This document shows positions 1 through 8,536 of a stretch of DNA of 48,957 nt, piece by piece (the first letter of the stretch is position 1; each line of letters starts with the position of its first letter). Both the position numbers and the translations under genes were made by a program. The notes under the pieces were generated by a model. The model did no database searches. It saw only the letters and a list, made by a program, of their open reading frames with translations, and was not told where the DNA came from. The stretch spans positions 1 to 48,957 of the IMG/VR virus record IMGVR_UViG_3300043391_000466; one strand, 5' to 3'. The stretch comes from a virus (taxonomy: Duplodnaviria > Caudoviricetes).

Positions 1-316
1 TATGAACGTATTCATCACACATCATAAAGTTCTTGTGCTCAAAGGTGCAATATCTTCGGATAGCTCCTTCGTGATTACCAAGAACATAAACAACTTCTGT
101 GCCTTTCTTACACAAATCTAAAAGTGCGTGAACACATTCGGTGTGCTCTCGTTTCCATCTGGTATTATACTTCTCCATACAATAGATGTCTATGATGTCT
201 CCCACCATCACAAGTTTTTTAGTTTTGAGTTCTTTGAGAAACTTGAGTAATTTTTGAGTATTACATCTTTCAGTTCCTAAATGAACGTCAGAAATAAAAA
301 CAGTATCGTAAGTCAT
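1..316 (-). CDS. LpxH-like (UDP-2,3-diacylglucosamine diphosphatase family) calcineurin-like metallophosphoesterase, 3' end outside window
   Basis: Manual translation from ATG at 316: MTYDTVFISDVHLGT...MVGDIID...VLGNHE; DxH, GDxxD and GNHE motifs. Not in the ORF track. Confidence 0.8.
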   Translation of the reverse strand, partial: MTYDTVFISDVHLGTERCNTQKLLKFLKELKTKKLVMVGDIIDIYCMEKYNTRWKREHTECVHALLDLCKKGTEVVYVLGNHEGAIRRYCTFEHKNFMMCDEYVH

Positions 317-486
317 CAATGTGTCCTCAAAGTCCATTGTTGAGTGTATGTGAGCCAGGCTCCTTCTTCCTGCTGCATTGTAGCATACCAGTGCCGTCCA
401 TGCTCATCAAGAGCATCAAGATGATGAACTCCATTTTTATCTATCGCACGAGAGATGTGTTTGAACTTTTGTGGTTTCATAGTCAT
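316..486 (-). CDS. hypothetical protein (56 aa)
   Basis: Manual translation MTMKPQKFKHISRAIDKNGVHHLDALDEHGRHWYA...; overlaps both neighbours (translational coupling). Confidence 0.65.
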   Translation of the reverse strand: MTMKPQKFKHISRAIDKNGVHHLDALDEHGRHWYATMQQEEGAWLTYTQQWTLRTH

Positions 487-647
487 TGATGATACTCCTT
501 ATATTGTTGTTGAACATAAGCAGAGAGTTCCATAATGTCATCTCTCATTTGTTGACCTTCGCCAGATTTAGCAATCTCATCATAAAGATTGGCGAGAGCA
601 ATACCAAGAATGATTATTTGTCTGTCAGTGAGACAGAGTTGTGTCAT
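483..647 (-). CDS. hypothetical protein (54 aa)
   Basis: Manual translation MTQLCLTDRQIIILGIALANLYDE...; ATGA overlap with next gene. Confidence 0.6.
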   Translation of the reverse strand: MTQLCLTDRQIIILGIALANLYDEIAKSGEGQQMRDDIMELSAYVQQQYKEYHQ

Positions 648-658
648 ATTGAGTGTGG

Positions 659-943
659 TCATTTGGGAAGTTCTGTGACAGGAGGAAGAACAGGAGGGGT
701 AGGAGTTACGGGTTGTGGCACTGTTTGAGCTATGGGTGCTGGAAGATTTACTGGTTGTGGTGGTACAACTTGAGGTTCTTTTACTGTTACTTCCTCAAGT
801 TTCTTTTCTAGTTCCATTACCTTTTGATCTAATGGAGTTAAAGGAACATTTTTTTGAGTATCTGCAAGTTTCCAACCAGTAGCACCAGCAGCAAAGATAC
901 TTGTAAGTGCAGCAACAACAGAAACAGTTTTAGAAAAACTCAT
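659..943 (-). CDS. hypothetical membrane-anchored protein with Pro-rich tail
   Basis: N-terminal hydrophobic stretch, short coiled coil, Pro-rich C-terminus. Confidence 0.75.
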   Translation of the reverse strand: MSFSKTVSVVAALTSIFAAGATGWKLADTQKNVPLTPLDQKVMELEKKLEEVTVKEPQVVPPQPVNLPAPIAQTVPQPVTPTPPVLPPVTELPK

Positions 944-1122
944 TGGTAATCCTCATTTGGGAAATCAAAGTATTCATACAGAGAACTCATTACGCAATCT
1001 TCAATAGTCTCACAGATAACTTCTTCAGTTGGGTCTTCGTTATGTTTGTAAGCACGACGATACCCACGACGGATACCTTCTTCAAGTGCTTGTTCTAGTA
1101 TCACACGGAATTTTGGAGTCAT
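940..1122 (-). CDS. hypothetical protein
   Basis: 60-aa ORF downstream of a promoter element; ATGA-coupled to next gene. Confidence 0.75.
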   Translation of the reverse strand: MTPKFRVILEQALEEGIRRGYRRAYKHNEDPTEEVICETIEDCVMSSLYEYFDFPNEDYQ

Positions 1123-1145
1123 TGGGAACTTGTGTTCATAAGAGT

Positions 1146-1204
1146 ATTATAGGGCATCACAGGGGGTTTTGGGGTTCTCCTGTGCCAGGCCATGAAGTGT
1201 CCAC
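1146..1204 (-). promoter_or_regulatory. palindromic element (copy A) plus -10 box
   Basis: + strand GTGCCAGGC-CATG-AAGTGTCCAC at 1182-1204; minus-strand TATAAT at 1146-1151; no TTGACA. Confidence 0.6.
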
Positions 1205-1987
1205 CACGAAGTTTTTTGGGTCAAAGTTTGGGTTAACTTCTGCTGGGTAATATCCACGAGGATTACATATAACCCTGCAACCACCAATCATATAATCCAT
1301 ACTTTCGTGAGTATGACCGTGAGACCAGTATTTGATTTGAGGATTATCCAAAATCAAATCATCAAGGTCACTCACATAAGCACCATTCGCAATACCAGAA
1401 TTTCTGTACTTTGGATGAACTGATTGATACGATGGTGCGTGATGAGTAAGCACCCAGACCTTTTGATTTTTAAACATCGGCAGAGTATCCAAAAGAAACT
1501 GTTTAGATTTTTTATGAAACCCCAAAGTATCATCAGGGTTTAACTTACGATAGTTAGAACCAATACGAATGGTCTTATAATCATTCATACACTGTCCTGC
1601 TTCCATCATCTCCAGAGCATTCTCATTACGAAAATCAGACCATAGAGTTGCTCCTATGAAGTTCCAGTCCTTGATCTTTACTACACTATCTTCCATCAGG
1701 TGAATACCCTCTGGAAGATTTTCTTTAAGAACATCCCAAGTTCCTTCGTAGTTGTATCCGTATGCCTCATGGTTTCCTGCAAGATACAGAACCCAATCAA
1801 AGTTATCTACACATTTCTGTAGAAAATCGGAATAAATCCGATTTAGTGGTCCATCCTTCTTAAAGTGTCGGGCACAAAGAATATCTCCACCAAGGATAAG
1901 AACTTCACCTTCTCCAAGATCAGGAACTCCATGACCGTATTCGCATGATTCCAAATGGAGGTCACTAACTACTTTGATATTCATCAT
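1157..1987 (-). CDS. calcineurin-like metallophosphoesterase
   Basis: SDLHLE, LGGDI, AGNHE, THHAP and HGHTH motifs. Confidence 0.92.
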   Translation of the reverse strand: MMNIKVVSDLHLESCEYGHGVPDLGEGEVLILGGDILCARHFKKDGPLNRIYSDFLQKCVDNFDWVLYLAGNHEAYGYNYEGTWDVLKENLPEGIHLMEDSVVKIKDWNFIGATLWSDFRNENALEMMEAGQCMNDYKTIRIGSNYRKLNPDDTLGFHKKSKQFLLDTLPMFKNQKVWVLTHHAPSYQSVHPKYRNSGIANGAYVSDLDDLILDNPQIKYWSHGHTHESMDYMIGGCRVICNPRGYYPAEVNPNFDPKNFVVDTSWPGTGEPQNPL

Positions 1988-2228
1988 AACGATCCCAGTT
2001 CCAAGTGCGACCTATAAAAGTAAAATCAAACCCAAACTTATGTGCCCAGAATAAAATACTCAATACATCTCCAGTTCCACTGCGGATTTGAAGATAAGGC
2101 CAAGACTGGTAATCACTCCAACTGATAGAAACTTGAAACAAACTCCACTTCTTTATGTTTATAATGGACGCATACCAATCGTGCCCATAATCATATCTAT
2201 AGGTACAACTAATTAAAAAGGTTTTCAT
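1965..2228 (-). CDS. hypothetical protein (Trp-rich)
   Basis: 87-aa ORF in a tightly packed minus-strand run. Confidence 0.7.
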   Translation of the reverse strand: MKTFLISCTYRYDYGHDWYASIINIKKWSLFQVSISWSDYQSWPYLQIRSGTGDVLSILFWAHKFGFDFTFIGRTWNWDRYDEYQSS

Positions 2229-2440
2229 TTAGAACAATCCAAGAAATACTTATAAGTTGCCATTTGATTATCAGACCACTGAACAATGTCACATCCTTTG
2301 TATGTATCCACTACAGCAAAATTTGATTTGGGTGTAATTGATTGTGGTTCTGGTTTCGTCATATAAAAACCAAGAATACAAACAGATGCTCCAATAATCA
2401 CACCAACCACTAGTGTTTTATAATATTCTTTGTCAGTCAT
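2225..2440 (-). CDS. hypothetical membrane protein
   Basis: One N-terminal TM segment; ATGA overlaps on both sides. Confidence 0.75.
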   Translation of the reverse strand: MTDKEYYKTLVVGVIIGASVCILGFYMTKPEPQSITPKSNFAVVDTYKGCDIVQWSDNQMATYKYFLDCSK

Positions 2441-2757
2441 GGTAGTTTCCTCTTCATAAGATTTGCAAGTCCTTCAATATACTTCGGGGGTTCGTTGATT
2501 GCTTTCATCATAGCATCATAATCTTCTTTTGGCACCTTCATCTTATAAGTGTAGTAAGGGTCTCTACCAGATAAATTCCAAGGGTCCCTATCATCAAGAT
2601 AATCAGGGTCGTACATATTATACCACCCAATATTGAGTTCATAGAAGAATGCACAACGGTCTATGTTGTCCTCGTATCTATCTAATCTGAAGTGAATAGC
2701 ATTACCCCAAGACCACCAAGCATCTTCAAACCAAGATTTGAGTGCGTTTATCATCAA
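2437..2757 (-). CDS. hypothetical protein
   Basis: 106-aa ORF, coupled to neighbour. Confidence 0.75.
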   Translation of the reverse strand: MMINALKSWFEDAWWSWGNAIHFRLDRYEDNIDRCAFFYELNIGWYNMYDPDYLDDRDPWNLSGRDPYYTYKMKVPKEDYDAMMKAINEPPKYIEGLANLMKRKLP

Positions 2758-2760
2758 TCG

Positions 2761-3324
2761 TTATGAAAAGTTGTAATGTAGTTGGGAGTGATACTCAAGA
2801 AAGCATTGTTGGTCTTTGAGTTTTACTAATGATGATGGTAGTTGATTAGCATATTTTGTGAAGAATGCCTCACGAGTATGAAATCTCAATCCATGTAAAT
2901 GCCAAGTTCCAAAGTTATCGTGAAACTCTCTCACAGCACGATATGCTTGAGTTGTGAGTGTTTTATAGTTGTCTGGGTATGGTAGTGTTTCATCAAAATC
3001 ATCTTTATCACCACGAGGATCTGCCTGTGTCATCTGTAGACAAAGAGTTTGACCTTCACCAGTCGCATAGTATTCTGCTTCCATAAACATCCAACTCTCA
3101 TCTTCTGGCATCTCACCATATACTCTGCTGTATTCTGCCATACAAGCAATAGCAACTGACTGGAAGTTTTTCTTTTTCATTACTTCCAACTTTGCAATCA
3201 TTTCTTTGCGTTCAGCATCAGTAATTTCTTTTTCTGTGCCTATCTGTAATACTTCTTCATCTTTATTCAATTTGAGTCCATCCATACAATCTAACCAAGT
3301 GGCATCATTGTGAGTTTCATTCAT
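2761..3324 (-). CDS. hypothetical protein
   Basis: 187-aa ORF, no recognised motif. Confidence 0.8.
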   Translation of the reverse strand: MNETHNDATWLDCMDGLKLNKDEEVLQIGTEKEITDAERKEMIAKLEVMKKKNFQSVAIACMAEYSRVYGEMPEDESWMFMEAEYYATGEGQTLCLQMTQADPRGDKDDFDETLPYPDNYKTLTTQAYRAVREFHDNFGTWHLHGLRFHTREAFFTKYANQLPSSLVKLKDQQCFLEYHSQLHYNFS

Positions 3325-3479
3325 TAGACATAATATGCGGAAGATACATGAGGAGGAATATTGTGTCGTGCTAGAACTTGGTTCACACGGTCAACTTCCT
3401 GTTGTGCTTGTTGTTCAGTTTCTACTTCAAATAGAAGTTCGTCGTCATCACCTTGACGAGTGCGGTAAACGTTGTGCAT
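3324..3479 (-). CDS. hypothetical protein (51 aa)
   Basis: Manual translation MHNVYRTRQGDDDELLFEVETEQQAQQEVDRVNQ...; TAATG overlap; promoter upstream. Confidence 0.65.
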   Translation of the reverse strand: MHNVYRTRQGDDDELLFEVETEQQAQQEVDRVNQVLARHNIPPHVSSAYYV

Positions 3480-3500
3480 TAGATTTCTGCGTATAGGATC

Positions 3501-3529
3501 ATTATAAGGTATATACGTTAATTTTGCAA
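3501..3529 (-). promoter_or_regulatory. sigma70-like promoter
   Basis: TTGCAA-N17-TATAAT on minus strand. Confidence 0.55.
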
Positions 3530-3530
3530 G

Positions 3531-3794
3531 CTATTGGTCAATTATTTCACATTGTACTACAGTCATAAGTGGAATTGATTCTCCTTTATCATCATACTGT
3601 GGCATTACTAGACCAGCTTCATCATGTTCAATTGGAGCATTCTGTTGGACATAATGAATAGAACCTCCAACTTCTCCCTCTTCAATTTGTAGTTTAATAC
3701 CTTCAATTGTATTGAACTTAGGATTAAATGGATGAGTATTAAATTTTAATACAGAATTAATTCCAGACCAATCTGATTCTGATAAAGTTTTCAT
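3531..3794 (-). CDS. hypothetical protein
   Basis: 87-aa ORF. Confidence 0.7.
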   Translation of the reverse strand: MKTLSESDWSGINSVLKFNTHPFNPKFNTIEGIKLQIEEGEVGGSIHYVQQNAPIEHDEAGLVMPQYDDKGESIPLMTVVQCEIIDQ

Positions 3795-3940
3795 TTTTTA
3801 CAATCGGGGTGAAATGTGTATGATGTACAGAACTGTCGATGAACTTCTGCTTCCTGTTGTTTGTATTTGTCGGTATTATTAATATATGTCATATAGATTA
3901 GCAGGCCAATTGTACACAAATAAATTGTGGTAATTTTCAT
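3791..3940 (-). CDS. small hypothetical membrane protein (49 aa)
   Basis: Manual translation MKITTIYLCTIGLLIYMTYINN...HPDCKK; ATGA-coupled. Confidence 0.6.
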   Translation of the reverse strand: MKITTIYLCTIGLLIYMTYINNTDKYKQQEAEVHRQFCTSYTFHPDCKK

Positions 3941-4041
3941 TTGTCATTTTCCTCATCAATAATACGTTGTGGACCTTGAATAAAATAATTGACAACTACA
4001 GCAACAACTACTGCAATTGCATATCCAGTTAGAAATGTCAT
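3937..4041 (-). CDS. small hypothetical membrane protein (34 aa)
   Basis: Manual translation MTFLTGYAIAVVVAVVVNYFIQGPQRIIDEENDK; coupled on both sides. Confidence 0.55.
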   Translation of the reverse strand: MTFLTGYAIAVVVAVVVNYFIQGPQRIIDEENDK

Positions 4042-4388
4042 CATTTGTAAAGATAGGAACCAACCCAGTCACAGTTAGCAAGTAACCATTCACGTTGCTC
4101 AATCAAACGCAGATCATAGCGAACACCTTTAGCAGGTGAAGCATAGGAGGCAGATTTATATACCTCACCAGTCTTCTTGTCAATAAAGGCATGTGTAGAT
4201 CCACCACCCCAACAATCATTCATAATGATTTTATGATACTTACGACCCGATACGATTTCATAGGTATATCCTTTGGGTGCTGCATCAGTGAGAGCATCAC
4301 ACAACATAAGTGTCCACTTGGTAACATTCAGTTGAATGGTGTTGCGAGCATCCATCTCGGAAACGAATTGAGAAAAGGTGGCAGTCAT
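4041..4388 (-). CDS. conserved phage hypothetical protein
   Basis: GRKYHKI...HAFIDKKTGEVYKSAS..SPAKGVRY pattern familiar from T4-like cyanophages. Confidence 0.85.
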   Translation of the reverse strand: MTATFSQFVSEMDARNTIQLNVTKWTLMLCDALTDAAPKGYTYEIVSGRKYHKIIMNDCWGGGSTHAFIDKKTGEVYKSASYASPAKGVRYDLRLIEQREWLLANCDWVGSYLYK

Positions 4389-4412
4389 CTGGTGTCTCTC
4401 GATTACCTATGT

Positions 4413-4441
4413 AATATACTGGATTTTGGGGGTGCCGTCAA
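4413..4441 (-). promoter_or_regulatory. sigma70-like promoter
   Basis: TTGACG-N17-TATATT. Confidence 0.7.
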
Positions 4442-4487
4442 GCGTTTTTTGATTTACATAACTTATGGTTACAATAAGTTTTGCTTA

Positions 4488-5375
4488 TCACTGCAGTGCG
4501 GCGAGCAACGGGTTTACATACTCTGGAGTACCAGAATATTCAGACACTCGTTTCTCAATCAATTCACCATATTCCTGATGTAACTCACACCCAATATAGT
4601 TACGTTTGTTATGCTTAGCAACAGCAGCAGTTGTACCACTACCCATAAAAGGATCTAACACAATGTCACCCTCTTTAGAACCTGCTAGAATACATGGTTC
4701 AATTAATTCAGGTGGGTACACAGCAAAATGAGCACCCTTATATGGTTTGGTGGTTACATCCCACACACTACGCTTACGCTTCAGTTCCTTACCATCTACT
4801 GTTGGTTCTTTGATAGACTCTACATCAAAATAGTAGTTCTTGCTCTTAGATAACAGGAAGATATATTCATGGGATTTAGTACAACGATCCTTCATACTCT
4901 CAGGCATAGGATTTGGTTTGCTCCAAATAATATCCTGTCGTAGATACCAACCATCAGCACGTAAAGCAAATGCTAGCATCCATGGAATACCAATCAAATC
5001 TTTATCCTTTAACCCAGCAAGTTTGTTGCCTCGTCTAGGATTTCGAATTTGGGGAAGATCTTGGTTGTTGGATGCCACAGATTGCTTGGGCAGTGCCTGA
5101 CCCTTGCCAGATCTATAATTATAATAGGAATCACCAATGTTCACCCACAATGTACCATCATCAGTAAGACAATCACGTACACCACGAAATACTTCCACTA
5201 GCTGGGCAATAAACTCCTCTGGTGACTCTTCTAGACCAATCTGGTCATCCTCATTGCCATAATCACGCAGTCCATAGTATGGTGGTGAGGTCACACACAT
5301 CTGTGCTTTGACACCAGCATCTGCGAACTGCTTGAGTGTAGAACGGCAATCACCGTAGAGAATAGTATCAATCAT
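4488..5375 (-). CDS. site-specific DNA methyltransferase, N4-cytosine/N6-adenine beta class
   Basis: Catalytic TSPPYYGLRDYG near N-terminus, SAM-binding DPFMGSGTT near C-terminus (beta order). Confidence 0.95.
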   Translation of the reverse strand: MIDTILYGDCRSTLKQFADAGVKAQMCVTSPPYYGLRDYGNEDDQIGLEESPEEFIAQLVEVFRGVRDCLTDDGTLWVNIGDSYYNYRSGKGQALPKQSVASNNQDLPQIRNPRRGNKLAGLKDKDLIGIPWMLAFALRADGWYLRQDIIWSKPNPMPESMKDRCTKSHEYIFLLSKSKNYYFDVESIKEPTVDGKELKRKRSVWDVTTKPYKGAHFAVYPPELIEPCILAGSKEGDIVLDPFMGSGTTAAVAKHNKRNYIGCELHQEYGELIEKRVSEYSGTPEYVNPLLAALQ

Positions 5376-6061
5376 GCGAAGATAAGACCAAGTTTGGATT
5401 CGGGAAGACGAAATGCTGTGCCATGATTCTTCAGGAACAGTTTGCCCTTCTTATTATACTTGTAAGAGCAGCGAATGTCAATATACAATCCAGAATCACT
5501 CTGATATGCTTGCTTCAATTTTTGAGGATCATCACAGTTCAAAATATAATAATTCAGATAACGGAAATACTTGCCATCTTTACGAATATCAGACTCAGCA
5601 TACACTTTGATCATACCATGCAGTTTCTTATCAAAACGATTGGTAAGCAGATTCCATGACCATTTCAGAATTATAGTGCCATCTTCATTCTTCACATACA
5701 GAAACTCATCATCAGAGGCATCATAATAGAATCCACGATTGTTAGGAGTGTGCTTGAATGTAGTACGAAGTGCTGGCAATCCCGTTTCTTCATCTTCATA
5801 ACCATACTTAGCAAGCACATCTTTAGTTTTAATTTGCCATGCACGATAATCACATGTCAACAGTGTTTGTAGTGAGGTGCTGTTGATGTCAGATGCTTTC
5901 AAATCAGCAAATGACAAATCAGAGTTTTTGCTGTTGTTTTCTTCAATATTCAACAAAAATTCCAACATAGTTCCAACAGCACGATCACCGTTATATTTGG
6001 ACTTAATAAATCCACGTTCTTTAATACGTCGAAATGCAATGGTGAATTGAGATTTGTCCAT
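5372..6061 (-). CDS. MvaI/BcnI-family restriction endonuclease-like protein
   Basis: GDRAVGTMLEFLLNIEENN...SD....DLKA...TLLT and C-terminal YIDIR...KNHGTAFR match the MvaI/BcnI PD-(D/E)xK pattern; ATGA overlap with the MTase. Confidence 0.78.
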   Translation of the reverse strand: MDKSQFTIAFRRIKERGFIKSKYNGDRAVGTMLEFLLNIEENNSKNSDLSFADLKASDINSTSLQTLLTCDYRAWQIKTKDVLAKYGYEDEETGLPALRTTFKHTPNNRGFYYDASDDEFLYVKNEDGTIILKWSWNLLTNRFDKKLHGMIKVYAESDIRKDGKYFRYLNYYILNCDDPQKLKQAYQSDSGLYIDIRCSYKYNKKGKLFLKNHGTAFRLPESKLGLIFA

Positions 6062-6083
6062 GATATATGTCGGTTATAATGTT

Positions 6084-6143
6084 ATTATAAAATAAAAAAA
6101 GGGGTCTGTAAAGACCCCCTGTGCCAATTTATCAACTGTCCAT
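6084..6143 (-). promoter_or_regulatory. palindromic element (copy B) plus terminator hairpin plus -10 box
   Basis: GTGCCAATT-TATC-AACTGTCCAT at 6121-6143; GGGGTCT-gtaa-AGACCCC stem at 6101-6118 with T-tract on minus strand; TATAAT at 6084-6089. Confidence 0.7.
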
Positions 6144-6331
6144 TAAGCAACCTTTCCGTGCTCAACAATATTCATTGGAGCATGTTTTCTGATAAAATCA
6201 AACATCGTCATAAATTGTCCCATATTATTATCTGAGATAATTTCACTACGACCATCAGATCCTTGTAGTTCAATCTTCCTGCTTGTAAGATCAATCACAA
6301 TTTTGTGTAGGTATTCATTTTCAAAATTCAT
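6143..6331 (-). CDS. hypothetical protein
   Basis: 62-aa ORF. Confidence 0.7.
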   Translation of the reverse strand: MNFENEYLHKIVIDLTSRKIELQGSDGRSEIISDNNMGQFMTMFDFIRKHAPMNIVEHGKVA

Positions 6332-6531
6332 TTTCTTTTAGATGTTGTGGGGGTAAGTTTGTCCCATTGATTGGGATAGAATAGTATACAAGTATCATTT
6401 GATCTATGTTCTCTCTGTTTGATGCATACAGTAACATATGCATCACTAACATATTCAACAAAACCATAAGTTCTATTTCCTGAAGGATCTTCAAAATAAA
6501 CTTCAAGGTCTTTGGCAAATGGGCAAGTCAT
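6328..6531 (-). CDS. hypothetical protein
   Basis: 67-aa ORF, ATGA-coupled. Confidence 0.7.
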   Translation of the reverse strand: MTCPFAKDLEVYFEDPSGNRTYGFVEYVSDAYVTVCIKQREHRSNDTCILFYPNQWDKLTPTTSKRK

Positions 6532-6554
6532 ATTCTTAAGATTGGTTTTAGTTT

Positions 6555-6779
6555 TTACTCATTAAAAAATGTTCCAAAATTACCAGTACTTCCTGGTTTA
6601 CGTGATTCAAGTTTGTCTAAAAGTTCATCAGTACTCATTACACTATCAATACGACTAATTAAATCGGAAATAGTTAAACATACATATGGACGTTCTTGAC
6701 GGGCTGCAAATGCAAGAGCATTCCTCAAACTTGATTCTGCTTCTTTTAAACTTTCTGTTACTTGTGTTCCGAGTGCCAT
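6555..6779 (-). CDS. conserved cyanophage hypothetical protein
   Basis: Start moved to MALGTQV (AGGAG SD upstream); SLRNALAFAARQERP pattern. Confidence 0.8.
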   Translation of the reverse strand: MALGTQVTESLKEAESSLRNALAFAARQERPYVCLTISDLISRIDSVMSTDELLDKLESRKPGSTGNFGTFFNE

Positions 6780-6780
6780 T

Positions 6781-7293
6781 TCAATTCTCCTTTTTAATAA
6801 TTTTAAACGAACCATCACCTTGATCAATCCACTGAATAGTATCACCCTCTTTAAGATTTGCTGCTTCCAACAAATCATCTGGAAAATTAATTATACATTC
6901 ATCACCATCTTCTGTGACAGGCAAGACCCATTTCTTGACTGGATCAATTGTACTTTCATACAGAAAATTTTCTGCATTCTTCATATCTTGCTCTACTTCT
7001 GCTGCAGCACACATTCCATCAAGTTCTTCATCTGTGTATTGAAGATTTGGCACGAGTTCAGTATAATCATAATCGCTAATATGACCTTTGCCATTACCAT
7101 TCAATAGAGCAAGAAGTTCATATGCCTGAGATGCTTGATGTTTGTAAGTATAATAGTTTTCGGAAACAACACCAACAATTACATCATAGATTTCTTGTGG
7201 TGTCGCATCTGAACTCATTGCATCGTAGAGAAAGTTCTCAAGTTGTCCAAGTGAGTATTTTTTGTGCTCAGAGGTGTCATAAATCATTTTCAT
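6781..7293 (-). CDS. hypothetical protein with C-terminal AbrB/MazE/SpoVT-like DNA-binding domain
   Basis: C-terminal VTEDGDECIINFPDDLLEAANLKEGDTIQWIDQGDGSFKIIK fits the swapped-hairpin consensus. Confidence 0.7.
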   Translation of the reverse strand: MKMIYDTSEHKKYSLGQLENFLYDAMSSDATPQEIYDVIVGVVSENYYTYKHQASQAYELLALLNGNGKGHISDYDYTELVPNLQYTDEELDGMCAAAEVEQDMKNAENFLYESTIDPVKKWVLPVTEDGDECIINFPDDLLEAANLKEGDTIQWIDQGDGSFKIIKKEN

Positions 7294-7453
7294 TCACTGC
7301 GAGTTGGATTGCTTCTGTCATTATAGCAGTAATTTCTTCTGATGTCTTGCCATTGAGCCAGTTCCATTTCTGGTCCTCAGGATCCCATTCTATTTCAAAT
7401 GTTCCATCAGAATTCTCTGTAACCTTAAGGGAATCTTCTTTTGCTGTGGTCAT
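7277..7453 (-). CDS. hypothetical protein (58 aa)
   Basis: Manual translation MTTAKEDSLKVTENSDGTFEIEWDPEDQKWNWLNG... Confidence 0.7.
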   Translation of the reverse strand: MTTAKEDSLKVTENSDGTFEIEWDPEDQKWNWLNGKTSEEITAIMTEAIQLAVNENDL

Positions 7454-7681
7454 TTAGCGGTGCCAATTATCGTCTTTCAAATTATAGACCACTGGATGAA
7501 TTTTGTCAATATTTGATTGTAGTCTGTTCTCAACCTCATATAAACAATTTGTGAGTTCGACATTTTCTCCTTCAAGTGTTTGCACCCTTGCATCAAGTTC
7601 AATTAATTTTTCCATAAGGTAATTAATATCAGGATGTTCTATAGTTCCCCATTTTTTTTGAAACCAATTTCGATCAGTCAT
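7454..7681 (-). CDS. hypothetical coiled-coil protein
   Basis: 75-aa ORF. Confidence 0.75.
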   Translation of the reverse strand: MTDRNWFQKKWGTIEHPDINYLMEKLIELDARVQTLEGENVELTNCLYEVENRLQSNIDKIHPVVYNLKDDNWHR

Positions 7682-7720
7682 TTAATAACTCCAATTTGTT
7701 TAAGATGTTTTCTGTTCATT

Positions 7721-8233
7721 TCATACCCATTCAGGTTTTCTATTAGGCAGGCGAAGATAATTAGATGCCACCCAAGATTTGGATGCGACATACATCTTAT
7801 AAGCAGTAAAGGTATCAATGCTTGTGTCAAATTTATATTCTTCAGGCATTGCACGAGCAAATGGAGTCACTTCGTTAATCTTACCTTTTGGAAACAAATA
7901 GTATGCTTGCAGTAAGGTATTATAGCAGGAGTGAATTTTATTATATCGTAAAGTATATTCGTCACACAAGTTCATTCCCCACTTGATCAGCCAGTAGGCA
8001 TTATCAATAGATCGTGCTGCCCACTGGGTACAGGGGTGATTACGGAAGGCACCCTTGTCGGTCCTGTAGGGGCTTCCATCGGTCTTAGGGAGAGTTCCAT
8101 ATCCGTGCCCCCATTTCTCTGATGCCACGATAGAGAGCATCTGACAGCACTCTAAGGGCATCTTGACGATATGCTTGTCTGGAAGTACGATGGCACTCTC
8201 GGCTGGATAAGGAGAAGTTACAAAGATGTTGAT
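7721..8233 (-). CDS. pyrimidine dimer DNA glycosylase/endonuclease V-related protein, probable ATC start
   Basis: Frame extends upstream of the track ORF: (I)NIFVTSPYPAESAIVLPDKHIVKMPLECCQMLS...NHPCTQWA; GAGGA SD 7 nt before the ATC. Confidence 0.75.
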   Translation of the reverse strand: MNIFVTSPYPAESAIVLPDKHIVKMPLECCQMLSIVASEKWGHGYGTLPKTDGSPYRTDKGAFRNHPCTQWAARSIDNAYWLIKWGMNLCDEYTLRYNKIHSCYNTLLQAYYLFPKGKINEVTPFARAMPEEYKFDTSIDTFTAYKMYVASKSWVASNYLRLPNRKPEWV

Positions 8234-8245
8234 AATAAGGTCCTC

Positions 8246-8536
8246 TTAATTTCGTGGTTCTGTTTGTCCGATGATAAGCGTCTGTCTGTCAAGGTTGTGC
8301 CTTATAATATGTTTCTCTAGGTACGATTGAGATTGAAAATAACAACTTTTGGTTATTTTATCTTCAGTATATTTTAGCATACAGGGAAACATTTCGTGAA
8401 ATTCTGCTCCCATCCTAAGAACTGGATCAATTTTATTTTCTATAATTTCAGTTTTTTTGGGTCTGCCACGCTTCTTGACGGGTGCTGGCACCTCTTCAGC
8501 ACCAACAATTTGACCTTTATAATTTTTGATAGTCAT
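8246..8536 (-). CDS. hypothetical protein with AT-hook-like KKRGRPKK
   Basis: 96-aa ORF. Confidence 0.75.
   Translation of the reverse strand: MTIKNYKGQIVGAEEVPAPVKKRGRPKKTEIIENKIDPVLRMGAEFHEMFPCMLKYTEDKITKSCYFQSQSYLEKHIIRHNLDRQTLIIGQTEPRN

Noticed and set aside
7678-7719. 13-aa mini-ORF ending QIGVIK, similar to QLGVIK at the end of 9217-9342
   Set aside because: Explained by a shared SD plus AAATGA coupling sequence; too short to support homology.
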